From contig JAHPZA010000010.1 in assembly GCA_019058445.1 (NCBI GenBank), forward strand, positions 1 to 64,000: a DNA stretch of 64,000 bases, written 5' to 3'. Positions within the stretch are counted from its first letter, which is position 1. Every line of letters begins with the position of its first letter. The DNA comes from Promethearchaeota archaeon. GTDB lineage: Archaea; Asgardarchaeota; Lokiarchaeia; Sigyniarchaeales; SOKP01. The notes beneath the pieces are model-generated. The model did no database searches. It saw only the letters and a program-made list of their open reading frames with translations, and was not told where the DNA came from. The translations under genes and the position numbers were made by a program. Positions 52,657 through 62,840 of this stretch are shown here, piece after piece.

Positions 52657-53871
52657 TTAGGGGTCACATATTAATTCTACTTTATTATAATCAATATATC
52701 TCGCAAAATCTTTAAATCGTTCAATTTTTGCCATAGAATAAAACCAGTCATCTTTAGAATCAAAATTATTTAAGATGCTATATGATTTATTTTTAAGTCG
52801 ATTTTCACTTATCAAGATTCCTGTAACACTTAGTAGACTAGCTATCATTGCTGGAGTTAAAATTTTATTCCGGAATTTAAATTCGACAGAGGTGCTTTCA
52901 ATTAATTCCTTCAGTTCTGTTGTAGAAATCTTAACTTTCGAATCTTGTGAAAAGAAATTCGCCAATTCATACAATAAATACTCATAAAAATCAGGTTCGA
53001 CAAAGATATACTCATCAAAGACATCCATATTATAATAATCAATCCAATCATAAGTTATTCCAAATAAATCAATAAGATCATCCCGGCTAATTTCTTTATT
53101 TTTTTCCAGATAATCATAGATCTCTTGTAAAAATTGAATAGCGTGTCTAGGTGCCGCTCTATGGCATTGATGTAGAAGGAAGTTAATGAATTCTAGAATA
53201 TCAAAATATTCCTCTAATGGTAATTTAAAAGCCATGCACCACCTCTGTATTATAATATCAAGATTTTGGTTATATAGATAATTTGATATGTCAAATTTAA
53301 AATCAAATTTAGGCAATTTTGATAATTCATAAGGAATAAGTTTCTTATTTCTTGTTGATATTGTAGTTATTTCTGTCTCCTTCAATAGATTCAAAAGTTT
53401 TGCATAATCCGGAATTTTTAACTGCTCTACGTTTGTAAGAATAACAATTAGATTCATATCTATTCGGGATCTAACAAGTATGAATAACTTCTTTAATTTG
53501 TTAAAATTCGAATTAACATAATTCTGCAAGTTATATCTTAATGAAAAATATTGGTTTAGATCTTTGATTATGCGAAATAATATGAATTCTTTACTTTTAT
53601 CAGTACAATCAATAATCGGTATTGTATGAAATGGTACTTTTATCCTTTTTTCCTTTATTAATGCTTTGAAACATATTCTAATGACTGTAGTTTTCCCTAT
53701 TCCCAGGATACCTTGGATTATAATATTTAACAAGTAATTATTATTCAGCGACTTTTCAAGGTATCCTGATATAAGTTCAATAAGATCATCTCTGTATTTA
53801 AAAACAGATGGAATATATCGAAGATCCCCAATTGCCTCATAACCAACGAATTTGATGTTTTTGGTTGACAT
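52657..53871 (-). CDS. divergent Cdc6/Orc1-like AAA+ protein
   Basis: YIPSVFKYRD, Walker A GILGIGKT, IIDC; Walker B degenerate (VILTNVE). Confidence 0.6.
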   Translation of the reverse strand: MSTKNIKFVGYEAIGDLRYIPSVFKYRDDLIELISGYLEKSLNNNYLLNIIIQGILGIGKTTVIRICFKALIKEKRIKVPFHTIPIIDCTDKSKEFILFRIIKDLNQYFSLRYNLQNYVNSNFNKLKKLFILVRSRIDMNLIVILTNVEQLKIPDYAKLLNLLKETEITTISTRNKKLIPYELSKLPKFDFKFDISNYLYNQNLDIIIQRWCMAFKLPLEEYFDILEFINFLLHQCHRAAPRHAIQFLQEIYDYLEKNKEISRDDLIDLFGITYDWIDYYNMDVFDEYIFVEPDFYEYLLYELANFFSQDSKVKISTTELKELIESTSVEFKFRNKILTPAMIASLLSVTGILISENRLKNKSYSILNNFDSKDDWFYSMAKIERFKDFARYIDYNKVELICDP

Positions 53872-54012
53872 AGTGGTTTATAGCCAAGTAAGATAAATTT
53901 TTTTTTTTTTTTATTATTTTTAATAAAACTATTTAAACCTATAGTCAAGTTTAAATCTTTGAAAGATTCATGTATTTAGAAAAAGTATTAGTCTGCAAGG
54001 AGAAAGATATGC

Positions 54013-54154
54013 TTATTTCTCTTTTTTAAACAGAAATAATCATTTTTGAACATTAACGACTTCAGTAATATTACCAATTTCGTCATAATGCTCCCGATTT
54101 AAAGCTTTCGCTAATGCAATAGGGATAATATTCTTCCGGACCCTGATATTTCAT
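54013..54154 (-). pseudogene. possible remnant of a small AbrB-like regulator
   Basis: One frame reads IIPIALAKALNREHYDEIGNITEVVNVQK*LFLFKKEK; internal stop and apparent frameshift. Confidence 0.3.
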
Positions 54155-54354
54155 ACTTATAATATTTAATGGTCTCTCCATTCGCCCAATAAAGAAAATC
54201 GAGCACCTAAAATTTTTTATCAAAATATCTGCGTTTTATTTTAGAGATCCTTTATCCAAACGAATTTATTTTCCCTTTTTTAATGTGTATTCTTTGTTAT
54301 TATAAATCACAACCCTATCAGACTATATAAAACGGGTTTCTTTATTTACTATAG

Positions 54355-54534
54355 ATGGTTGAACTGGAAGACTGGATCTTCAAGGCATGTGAGCGACTCA
54401 TCAAAAACGCCTTGGCAAAGATCAATATGGTCCAGCAACCGATTAAGGTCTATTCGGAAGCTTACTATGCAATTGCTTGTTTGGGTTTGCATATAAAAGC
54501 TCAAAAGGCAGGCTTGTTCGATAAGCAGCTATGA
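54355..54534 (+). CDS. small hypothetical protein, 59 aa
   Basis: MVELEDWIFKACERLIKNALAKINMVQQPIKVYSEAYYAIACLGLHIKAQKAGLFDKQL*; GC higher than flanks; TATATAAA upstream. Confidence 0.45.
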   Translation: MVELEDWIFKACERLIKNALAKINMVQQPIKVYSEAYYAIACLGLHIKAQKAGLFDKQL

Positions 54535-54668
54535 AAGAAGAATGAAGATATAGAGCGCAATATAGGAGCCCTAGAAGCATTTTTATGGAAGGAGATTTAA
54601 TAAGTCGTTTAAATATTTTTTGTTTAAATATTTATATATGAACTATATTCAAAAAACAGAAGGGAATT

Positions 54669-55478
54669 ATGAAAAAAACACAATTAATTACATATCAAAA
54701 TTTCAGAGATATAAATCAAAGATATATTAAATATTATTCCTCATTTACAAACAATACAGTAAGGCTCAATATTATCGATTATCCCCGCTTGAAGGATTAT
54801 ATTATAGAGCATTACAATGAGGAGGAGCTTAAATGGATTTTCAACCACTGTCCCTATACCCTCAAATTAGCGCCACGGGAGGGCGATGTGAAAGAATTTA
54901 TGAGGGATAATATCAGGCAACATTCTACAATATGGGTGGTAAAGCGTGAAGGCAAAAAGATGGTATTTATCAATAGAGCAGAGGGGGGAATTTTTAGTAT
55001 AAAAGAAATGAAAGTGCTACGGGATTTAGATGAAACCCTATTAGATTACGATGAATTTGAAGAATATTTATTTGATGATTTTGTTGCTTTGCGCACACGG
55101 CTTTTTTGTGAGTCCATTGAGAAAAATTTCCTAGGTAGAAAGCAAGGGCCTAATAATTCCTCAAATTCTCTCGTTGAACAAATTGCAGATATATATAGAT
55201 ATTATGAAGATAAGGTAGAAGTCGATGAGGGGTTAAAAGATAGGGAAGGGATCGTACTGATACTTACGCACTTTAGCTTTTTGGAGGTTCATGACGATGA
55301 TACCGTTGGAATAGGATTTAAGGTTGATACCCCTCCGAATGTGGCAGCCACCCAGATCCTTAAATTAAAGGAGATCAAACAAATCAAGCAAATTTTAATC
55401 TATGAAAATTTTTATGTTAATGAGAGCGGAGAATTTCTGTGGAATCCTAAATTGAAAGTAAAGATAAGCGAGTCGTAA
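54669..55478 (+). CDS. hypothetical protein
   Basis: 269-aa ORF, somewhat higher GC than neighbours; no motif recognised. Confidence 0.7.
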   Translation: MKKTQLITYQNFRDINQRYIKYYSSFTNNTVRLNIIDYPRLKDYIIEHYNEEELKWIFNHCPYTLKLAPREGDVKEFMRDNIRQHSTIWVVKREGKKMVFINRAEGGIFSIKEMKVLRDLDETLLDYDEFEEYLFDDFVALRTRLFCESIEKNFLGRKQGPNNSSNSLVEQIADIYRYYEDKVEVDEGLKDREGIVLILTHFSFLEVHDDDTVGIGFKVDTPPNVAATQILKLKEIKQIKQILIYENFYVNESGEFLWNPKLKVKISES

Positions 55479-55782
55479 TCAGTAAAAAATTTGTATTTAA
55501 CAATGATTTATAATCGACTTCGATCCTTTTTCTACAAAATTTTGCTTGAAAAATAATGATAGCCTATAAATGTAAAATATCTTCTCCCGAAACATATGGG
55601 AATTAGTGAAAATGGAAACAAATCAATTCAGTTTTCTTACAAAATGGTATCATCATTGGGACAATATTTCTAATTTTTCTATTTTTTCATTCTTTTATCT
55701 TATAACTTTATGATGCAACATTCTTCGATATAAATAGAATGATTAGGTTTATGAATAAAATCATATTTTATTAATTCACTTT

Positions 55783-56514
55783 ATGGCAGAACCAACGATA
55801 TTCTTATTTGATTTAGATGGTGTTGTGCTAACTCAAAAAGCGCTCGAATATACCGCTTTAAAACAGCTTAGAAATAAGTGGTACAATTGGCAAAATATTA
55901 AAAATTTACGTCTCATTGATTTTGCGAGAATTTTTGAAGAGGGCGATTCTAAAAATAGGTTAAAAGCATTAATACAAGTTAATTTGGCATATAAATCAAT
56001 AATCCCTAATAGATGTAAGAGAATCTTATTTTTTATTAAATTTCGACGCTCTTATAAGAAGTATGAGAAAATTTATGAGCGCGTAAATCCGCAATTAAAA
56101 TCTATTTTAATTGAATTAAAAAATCATGGAATTATCTCTGGTATTGTATCAAATACGAGCAGAAAAAGATTAAGTTATTATACACTAAAATTTCATTTGG
56201 ATGAATATATTTCCTGCTTTATTTCACGAGATGATGTTCCTGTGAGAAAACCTCATCCATATCCCTTAATATTTGCATTAAGAGAAATTAAACATAAGTT
56301 TCAAATTCCTAAGCTTAATAAAAAGACTATTTTTTACATAGGGGATCTTTCTTCAGATATTATATGTGCTAAAGCTGCGAATGTGAATAGTATTGCATTA
56401 CTCTCTGGACATGGTACAGAAAACCAATTAAGAGATTCAAAACCGGATTATTGTATTAAAGAAATTAGAGATATATTGGAGATTGAGCCAGTCAAAAAAT
56501 TATTATCCAAGTAA
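55783..56514 (+). CDS. HAD-family hydrolase
   Basis: FDLDGV, VSN, KPHP, YIGD..SD. Confidence 0.9.
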   Translation: MAEPTIFLFDLDGVVLTQKALEYTALKQLRNKWYNWQNIKNLRLIDFARIFEEGDSKNRLKALIQVNLAYKSIIPNRCKRILFFIKFRRSYKKYEKIYERVNPQLKSILIELKNHGIISGIVSNTSRKRLSYYTLKFHLDEYISCFISRDDVPVRKPHPYPLIFALREIKHKFQIPKLNKKTIFYIGDLSSDIICAKAANVNSIALLSGHGTENQLRDSKPDYCIKEIRDILEIEPVKKLLSK

Positions 56515-56531
56515 ATATTAACCTACTTGAT

Positions 56532-59252
56532 ATGTTTAATCTGGAAGATTTTTATGATTATGAAGAAATTGAACCATTAATTATAAGATTAAATAAGTTA
56601 TTAAATAAAGAGAAATTTACCAAAATCCCCAAAATCATAAAGGAGCTTGAGGAATTATTGGAGGATGATGAGCTTCGCGTTCCAGCGACATATATTCTAA
56701 GTATTCTGGCTGAAAATCATATTGAATTGATATCTCCAGATTTAATTGAAAGAATTGAGCCATTTATTAAAGCTGAAGATGAAAAACTAAAAATAAATTC
56801 GATTATTATTTTAGGTTTTTTAATTCTTGAAAATACGACTTTTATAAAAAAATATTTTTCTATTTTTATCCATTTATTAGTTGACAATTCCGAAGATGTT
56901 AGAGACAATGTGCATTATTTTATTCAGGAATTTATCAAGGATTCTCCAAGCATTATTAAATCTTACCCAGATCTACTTTTGGAAGCTCTCAAATTAGAGA
57001 ATAAGAAAGAAAATATAATTTCTCTATTAAATTTTTGTAATCACCTTAAGAATTTGGATTTTAAGCAAATTTACAGTTTTAGAGAGATTGCTAGTGAGTT
57101 GATTTTGAGTGATGTTATGATTAACTCCCCTGAAATTTTTACAAATTTAGAACATTTACTCATACAATTTTTTCCATTATTAAAAGATGTTAATCTTAAT
57201 AATTTAAAAGCTAATGACCTGATCAAATTATTGGATAACCAATTTTTAATGAAAAAACAAAATATTTCAAAAATAGCGAAAGCAAAAAACGTTAATGCTC
57301 AGAACTATATTGAAGACATTAAAAAAACACGATTAAAAGAGATAGAGATCTATTTTTATATAAAGGATAAAAAAACACTTGAAATTTATTTTTATGAACT
57401 AGAAAAAAGTAAGCTTCATGAAATTTTTAATATAAATAATAAAGTTTCATTTGAAAAATTGAAAAAAATATTTTCCCAAATAATAGAAAGTGATTCAGAG
57501 TTAAAGCTATTTATAGAAACTTTACTTAAATTAAATTTTATTAAAGGTTACTTCTCAGACTTTTATTTTTATCCTTACGAATACCTGAAATCTGATATTA
57601 ATAATCAATTTCTAAACAAGGGATTGATTAATATAAAAAAGCATTATGATTTCTTACCCTCTAAATTGGTCCATGATATAATTTTAGAGCTTAATCATGA
57701 TTTTTTAAGAGGAAAAAATTTCGCTGTTTATTATTCATTTAAAAAAATTATTAAGCAAATTAATAGAGTAGCTGCTAACAATAGCGTTATAGACCTTAAA
57801 TCTTATAGAAAGAAATTACTTGAGGAAGATTTTATTAAATTAATCAAGAATTTACCAAAGGATTATTTAACCAATTTTCATAAGGGAACTTCTTGGTTAA
57901 CCAATATAGGAAGAATTCGAATTGAAGATGAATTAGAAAACTCAAAATTAATTGGATTTATAAACATTATCCGAATTTCTGAAAAATTGAAAATAAATAG
58001 GCTATTGTTAATGGATATATTACTTTTAAATATAGACCCTAGAAGTGGCATATGGGATAAAAATAAAGAAATTTTTTATTTTTCAAAATATTTAAATGAC
58101 CGAATTGATGAAATCAATTTAATTTCTGACGAAACTAATAAAAAAGAACAAATTACTGCAGTTGCCGAAGACCTCAATATAGATATTGATCATATATTAT
58201 CTAAAATTGATGAAAATCTCAAATTAATTGGTAAAGAAATCAAAGATAAGGATGAGATCAATATCTTTGAATATATTGAGAAAACCGGTATGACTTATGA
58301 TGTATTTTTTAGCTTTATTAATGAATTAGGTCTAAATTACTTTAAAAAAGGAGATCAGTTAATTCTTAGCGCAAAAAAGATAGAAGAAGCAAAAAATAGT
58401 ATCAAACATAACTTAATTGATAGATCAAAATCTGCCAATCATATTTCGTTAGGAAATTTTGAAATTAACTCAGAATTGATAAAAGAATTAATTGAAGAAT
58501 TAAGAAAGGATGGTAAGTTAAAAGGGATTTTTCATGAAGAATCGGGCGAAATAGTTTTTTACACATTAAAGGGAATACGCAATTTGATGTTAGAAAATAG
58601 CTTTCTCTTTTCATTTGAAGATCTTTTTTATGGAAAAGAATTAGATGAAGAAGAGATAGGTTTTTTGAAAGTAATATTAGAAGATTTAATAAAGGAGAGA
58701 AAATTAAAAGGTACTTTTGATATTAACACAAATACCTTTTCAAGTAAAGAACTCTTGTTTGAATTTGATTATAATACAGTGGTGGATGACTTTAGAAAGA
58801 CGGTCAATAATCATATAAAAAAATTCAATATTGAATTTCAGAAAATCAAGAAAATTTTATCCAAACGAGAGGAAAATATATTTCCCCAAGAAATAAAAAT
58901 CATACAAGATACAATTGATAGAATAAATCTGAATTACGTAAAATGGAGAGCTCAATTAAATGCTTATGTAATTGAAGCTAATAAAAAATTGCTTAAAGAT
59001 CAAGGATATAGTTTCAAGAGATATCAAAATTTACCGATTGAAAAAAAGAAAGAAGTAAAGCTTTTTAAAGAAGATCCAGATATTTACGAGCTCTTGGATA
59101 AATTTAATCAGTGGGTTAAAATTTTTAATGAAATTGAGCTCAATTATGGTAAAATAATTTTTCTTCAAAAAAGATTAATAAATAATCCAGATGATGAAAA
59201 CACTAAAAATGATCTTGATGAATTGTTATTATATTTAAATCTAAATAGCTGA
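56532..59252 (+). CDS. large protein: HEAT/ARM-like N-terminus plus tandem PCI-like winged-helix repeats
   Basis: LLVDNSEDVRDN HEAT-like unit; repeated L..L...IKG.F motifs (LNFIKGYF, DGKLKGIF, ERKLKGTFD). Confidence 0.55.
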   Translation: MFNLEDFYDYEEIEPLIIRLNKLLNKEKFTKIPKIIKELEELLEDDELRVPATYILSILAENHIELISPDLIERIEPFIKAEDEKLKINSIIILGFLILENTTFIKKYFSIFIHLLVDNSEDVRDNVHYFIQEFIKDSPSIIKSYPDLLLEALKLENKKENIISLLNFCNHLKNLDFKQIYSFREIASELILSDVMINSPEIFTNLEHLLIQFFPLLKDVNLNNLKANDLIKLLDNQFLMKKQNISKIAKAKNVNAQNYIEDIKKTRLKEIEIYFYIKDKKTLEIYFYELEKSKLHEIFNINNKVSFEKLKKIFSQIIESDSELKLFIETLLKLNFIKGYFSDFYFYPYEYLKSDINNQFLNKGLINIKKHYDFLPSKLVHDIILELNHDFLRGKNFAVYYSFKKIIKQINRVAANNSVIDLKSYRKKLLEEDFIKLIKNLPKDYLTNFHKGTSWLTNIGRIRIEDELENSKLIGFINIIRISEKLKINRLLLMDILLLNIDPRSGIWDKNKEIFYFSKYLNDRIDEINLISDETNKKEQITAVAEDLNIDIDHILSKIDENLKLIGKEIKDKDEINIFEYIEKTGMTYDVFFSFINELGLNYFKKGDQLILSAKKIEEAKNSIKHNLIDRSKSANHISLGNFEINSELIKELIEELRKDGKLKGIFHEESGEIVFYTLKGIRNLMLENSFLFSFEDLFYGKELDEEEIGFLKVILEDLIKERKLKGTFDINTNTFSSKELLFEFDYNTVVDDFRKTVNNHIKKFNIEFQKIKKILSKREENIFPQEIKIIQDTIDRINLNYVKWRAQLNAYVIEANKKLLKDQGYSFKRYQNLPIEKKKEVKLFKEDPDIYELLDKFNQWVKIFNEIELNYGKIIFLQKRLINNPDDENTKNDLDELLLYLNLNS

Positions 59253-59266
59253 TTATTTATTATCTT

Positions 59267-59551
59267 TTATTTATTATTCCTATCAATATGAGAAATGAAT
59301 TTTTCAACATCAATCTTAGAAGAGGCTCTAATCTTATATGTTTTTGGCTTTATAATGCCATTTTCCTCAAGAATACCTTCCTTTGCGAGAAAATCAAGAC
59401 TGCGCCAAATAAAATTAATCTTAGATCGATTCGAAGATTTAATATTATAGCATCTTCTAATACGTTTAGTATTAACAATCGTTATGTTGTTATCCATTAA
59501 TTTATTTATAGCTTCAAGCGTTTCTTTAACGTTTTTTAGGAAAAAATCCAT
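59267..59551 (-). CDS. small basic winged-helix-like protein
   Basis: INFIWRSLDFLAKEGILE..PKTYKI. Confidence 0.6.
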   Translation of the reverse strand: MDFFLKNVKETLEAINKLMDNNITIVNTKRIRRCYNIKSSNRSKINFIWRSLDFLAKEGILEENGIIKPKTYKIRASSKIDVEKFISHIDRNNK

Positions 59552-59869
59552 CTAAGCGAAGTACCTCTTAATTAGACTAAATTACGTTATAAATTATTTT
59601 AATTGGCTAAAATATTCAAGTAAAATATTAGGTTTATAAATATTGGGTTTATGAGTGTAATTTTATAATATATAAAATTATATTTTTAGGAGTTTATTAA
59701 TCTTTTTTTCTTAAAAAAAAATCTTTTTAAAAAGTAAGAACTGTAAAGTTTATAGATTTTAATAAATTACATCGTGAAAATTCTAAAAGATTTTAGGTAA
59801 TTAGCTCTAAATTTCGATTTTATTATATTTTAAAAGGTATTATTAAGATATTAAGGAAAATTCCATAAT

Positions 59870-61483
59870 TTAATGGCGAAAAACTCTTTTTCCACAAAAA
59901 ACTAGAGCACAATCCAGCTCATCAGCTCGTTTTATAATCATATTATCTCGAATTGAACCACCTGGATTAATTATTGCTTTCGCTCCCGCGTCTACAGCAA
60001 CTTCCAATCCATCTGGAAATGGGAAGAAAGAGTCTGTTCCCATAAAAGAGTTTTTAAGTTCCTCCTTATGTCCGAATTCAATAGCTTTTTGTACAGCTAA
60101 TTTTACAACATGAACACGACTCTGTTGACCAGCACCTATGCCAATAGAATAGAAGCCAGAATCATACATTTGAGCAAAACAAGCCGAATTTGATTTGGCC
60201 CATTTTGATACCTTATAAGCGAATATTAAGGCTTCTTTTTCGCTTTCACTAACAGAATTTTTACTTACAACATTCCATTCTTTAATTACAGGTTTATAGT
60301 CATATTCTTGTACTACAACTCCGCCCAATGTGGAACGAATTTCCAATTGTTTATAGATTTCATCTCTTTTTTCAAGAAAATCCCCAAATTCTAAGATTCT
60401 CAGGTTTTCCTTCTGCCTTAGGATTTCTAAAGCTTCTTTATCAAAAGTCGGGGCTAACAGTACTTCCACGAATATTTTCTCTTTATTTACTATAAAATCT
60501 GCAACTTCCCTTGTTAATTCATGATTGACACCCCATATCCCACCAAATGCGGATAATGGATCGCAGCTAAAAGCCATTTGTACTGATTTCAATTGTGTTT
60601 TCGTGTCTATTGCCATCCCATTTGGAGATGTATGTTTTAAAATTGCTGTTACGTGGTGTTCTGTACCCATATCAAGTAACATTTGCATACAAGCATCAAT
60701 ATCTAAATAATTATTAAATGAAATCTGTTTACCCCCTAATTGCTTAAAACTGTGTAAGCCTTGTTTAGTAGAGATATCGCGATAATAAGCAGCATTTTGG
60801 TCCCAATTTTCTCCATATCTGCAATCTTGGACTTTTTCATAGATTTTATAAATTCTATCTCTCATTTTTACATCAGGATTATAATATTGCTGCAAATAAT
60901 TCGCAATTGATAGGTTATAATCAGCCATAATAGCAAATACTTCCTGAGCTAACATAGCTCTAGTTTTTTCTGTTATAGCCCCTCTATTCTTTCTCATTTC
61001 ACTTATTATCTCATCATAATATTCAGAACTTGGGATCACTATTACGTCTGGATAATTCTTTGCAGCCGATCTAATCATCGTTGGACCACCTATGTCGATC
61101 ATTTCCAATGCTTCTTCTAAAGTAACATTTGGTTTCTCAATTGCCTCTTTAAATTGATATAAATTACATACAACCATATCTATGGAACGAATATGGAATC
61201 TTTCCGCGTCTTCAATATCTTTTTGAACATTTCGACGATATAAAATTCCACCCTCTATTTTTGGATGTAATGTTTTAACTCTTCCATTAAACATTTCAGG
61301 AGATTGAGTATATTCAGAGATTTTTACGTATTTGATTCCATTTTGTTCTAATAATTTGCCAGTACCTCCAGTTGACAAGATTTCTACCCCAAATTCATTT
61401 ACCAAGGTTTTTACAAAATTTAAAACATTTGTTTTATCAAATACACTTACAATTGCTCGTTCAATTTTTTTCATAGAAACCAA
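59870..61483 (-). CDS. purH: bifunctional AICAR transformylase/IMP cyclohydrolase
   Basis: VSVFDK, STGGT, GRVKTLHP, IDIGGPTMIRSAAKN, RYGEN, KSN, DSFFPFPD, RVFRH. Confidence 0.96.
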   Translation of the reverse strand: MVSMKKIERAIVSVFDKTNVLNFVKTLVNEFGVEILSTGGTGKLLEQNGIKYVKISEYTQSPEMFNGRVKTLHPKIEGGILYRRNVQKDIEDAERFHIRSIDMVVCNLYQFKEAIEKPNVTLEEALEMIDIGGPTMIRSAAKNYPDVIVIPSSEYYDEIISEMRKNRGAITEKTRAMLAQEVFAIMADYNLSIANYLQQYYNPDVKMRDRIYKIYEKVQDCRYGENWDQNAAYYRDISTKQGLHSFKQLGGKQISFNNYLDIDACMQMLLDMGTEHHVTAILKHTSPNGMAIDTKTQLKSVQMAFSCDPLSAFGGIWGVNHELTREVADFIVNKEKIFVEVLLAPTFDKEALEILRQKENLRILEFGDFLEKRDEIYKQLEIRSTLGGVVVQEYDYKPVIKEWNVVSKNSVSESEKEALIFAYKVSKWAKSNSACFAQMYDSGFYSIGIGAGQQSRVHVVKLAVQKAIEFGHKEELKNSFMGTDSFFPFPDGLEVAVDAGAKAIINPGGSIRDNMIIKRADELDCALVFCGKRVFRH

Positions 61484-61625
61484 TCCTAATAAAATGATTC
61501 GAAATTATGATTCCAATTTAGATTAATATTAGAAATAGTTAAAATTTAATTAATTAACGTTTAATAAAAAGAAAAAATTTAGGATTTTAAATCTTAGATT
61601 GTTTTTCATAATTAAAAAGGTAATA

Positions 61626-62681
61626 TTATTTTAAATTGGGCAAATCTCCAATCACATCTTTTCCACGCTCAACTATTTCGGGATTTTTGAGCAATCTTAC
61701 GCCACATTCAGTTAATACTGCTTTTTTCTCTTCTTCATTAAAAATATTTGCTTCAAATTTTTGAAATTTTATGTATTCTATGGCTAAATTTAATCGTAGT
61801 AGTTCATGAAAAATAAATCTTATATCCATATTGCACCCCGCAATTAATAACTCATCAGTTTTATGTTTAATTGCGTTTTTGATAAGAGACCCAATCGTAG
61901 CACTAACACGGGGAACTATGAACTGCATTATTGAAGTTGTGGCTACTAAGGCAACTTTTTCTAAAATTTTTATCCATCGATTGTTATCAACATTATAAAG
62001 AACCCAATCCACTTCAAATCCATACCTTTTATCAGGTTCGACAAATTCCAAATATTCCATTTCTTCAATTTCATTGTTAGGCTTAAATGAAAGACTAACT
62101 TCTCTTAATTCATCGATATATAAAAGCTCTCCATCCTCTCCAGAGTAAGTCTTAACTTTATCTTTAGGAACTTGAAACAACTCGAAGCACATTAATATCG
62201 CAGTTTTTACAATACTAGGTGGATCTTTAATAGTTGTTTTTAGTGTTTCAAGCGATTTTCTTGCCATTCTGATATATTCTAATAGTTCATCTTGATTACT
62301 AATATTGATTTTAGCTGCTAGTGCTTTAGGATCTTTATCGGCGAATTCTAAGAATACCCCTAAGTTATCTATTTGAGTTTGCTCAATTATATTAGTTACA
62401 TCCTTTTTTGATAATCCTTTTTTAACTAAAAAGACTTTTAAAGGCCCTTCTCTTTCAGATATTTTAATCTTTCTTTCTTTTACTTTCTCACGTAATTTTT
62501 TAATTGCTTTTATGACCCTTCTGTCTTCTTGTTTATCAAGTTCATCAAAATTAAGCAATTTTTCTTCCTGAGATCCCGGAAAAAGTCTCTCATCTAATTT
62601 TAGAGTTTTCGAGTCAAATTCTTCTTGTGGACTGAAAATCGTAGAAAATGCAAATCTTAAATTGCCTCTAACGTCAACCAT
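61626..62681 (-). CDS. hypothetical protein
   Basis: 351-aa ORF with GAGTGAG motif upstream; no family recognised. Confidence 0.75.
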   Translation of the reverse strand: MVDVRGNLRFAFSTIFSPQEEFDSKTLKLDERLFPGSQEEKLLNFDELDKQEDRRVIKAIKKLREKVKERKIKISEREGPLKVFLVKKGLSKKDVTNIIEQTQIDNLGVFLEFADKDPKALAAKINISNQDELLEYIRMARKSLETLKTTIKDPPSIVKTAILMCFELFQVPKDKVKTYSGEDGELLYIDELREVSLSFKPNNEIEEMEYLEFVEPDKRYGFEVDWVLYNVDNNRWIKILEKVALVATTSIMQFIVPRVSATIGSLIKNAIKHKTDELLIAGCNMDIRFIFHELLRLNLAIEYIKFQKFEANIFNEEEKKAVLTECGVRLLKNPEIVERGKDVIGDLPNLK

Positions 62682-62840
62682 ACTAAATTCTCACTCATAT
62701 AGAAATTTTAATAAATAATACAAGAAGTTCCTTTTAATATTATGTAATATGTTGCGTTTTCGGTTTAATATTTAGGTAGACTTAATATTAAATGTGAAAG
62801 TAGAGTGAGAATAGAGATTAAATAGGACTTAAGAATAGAG

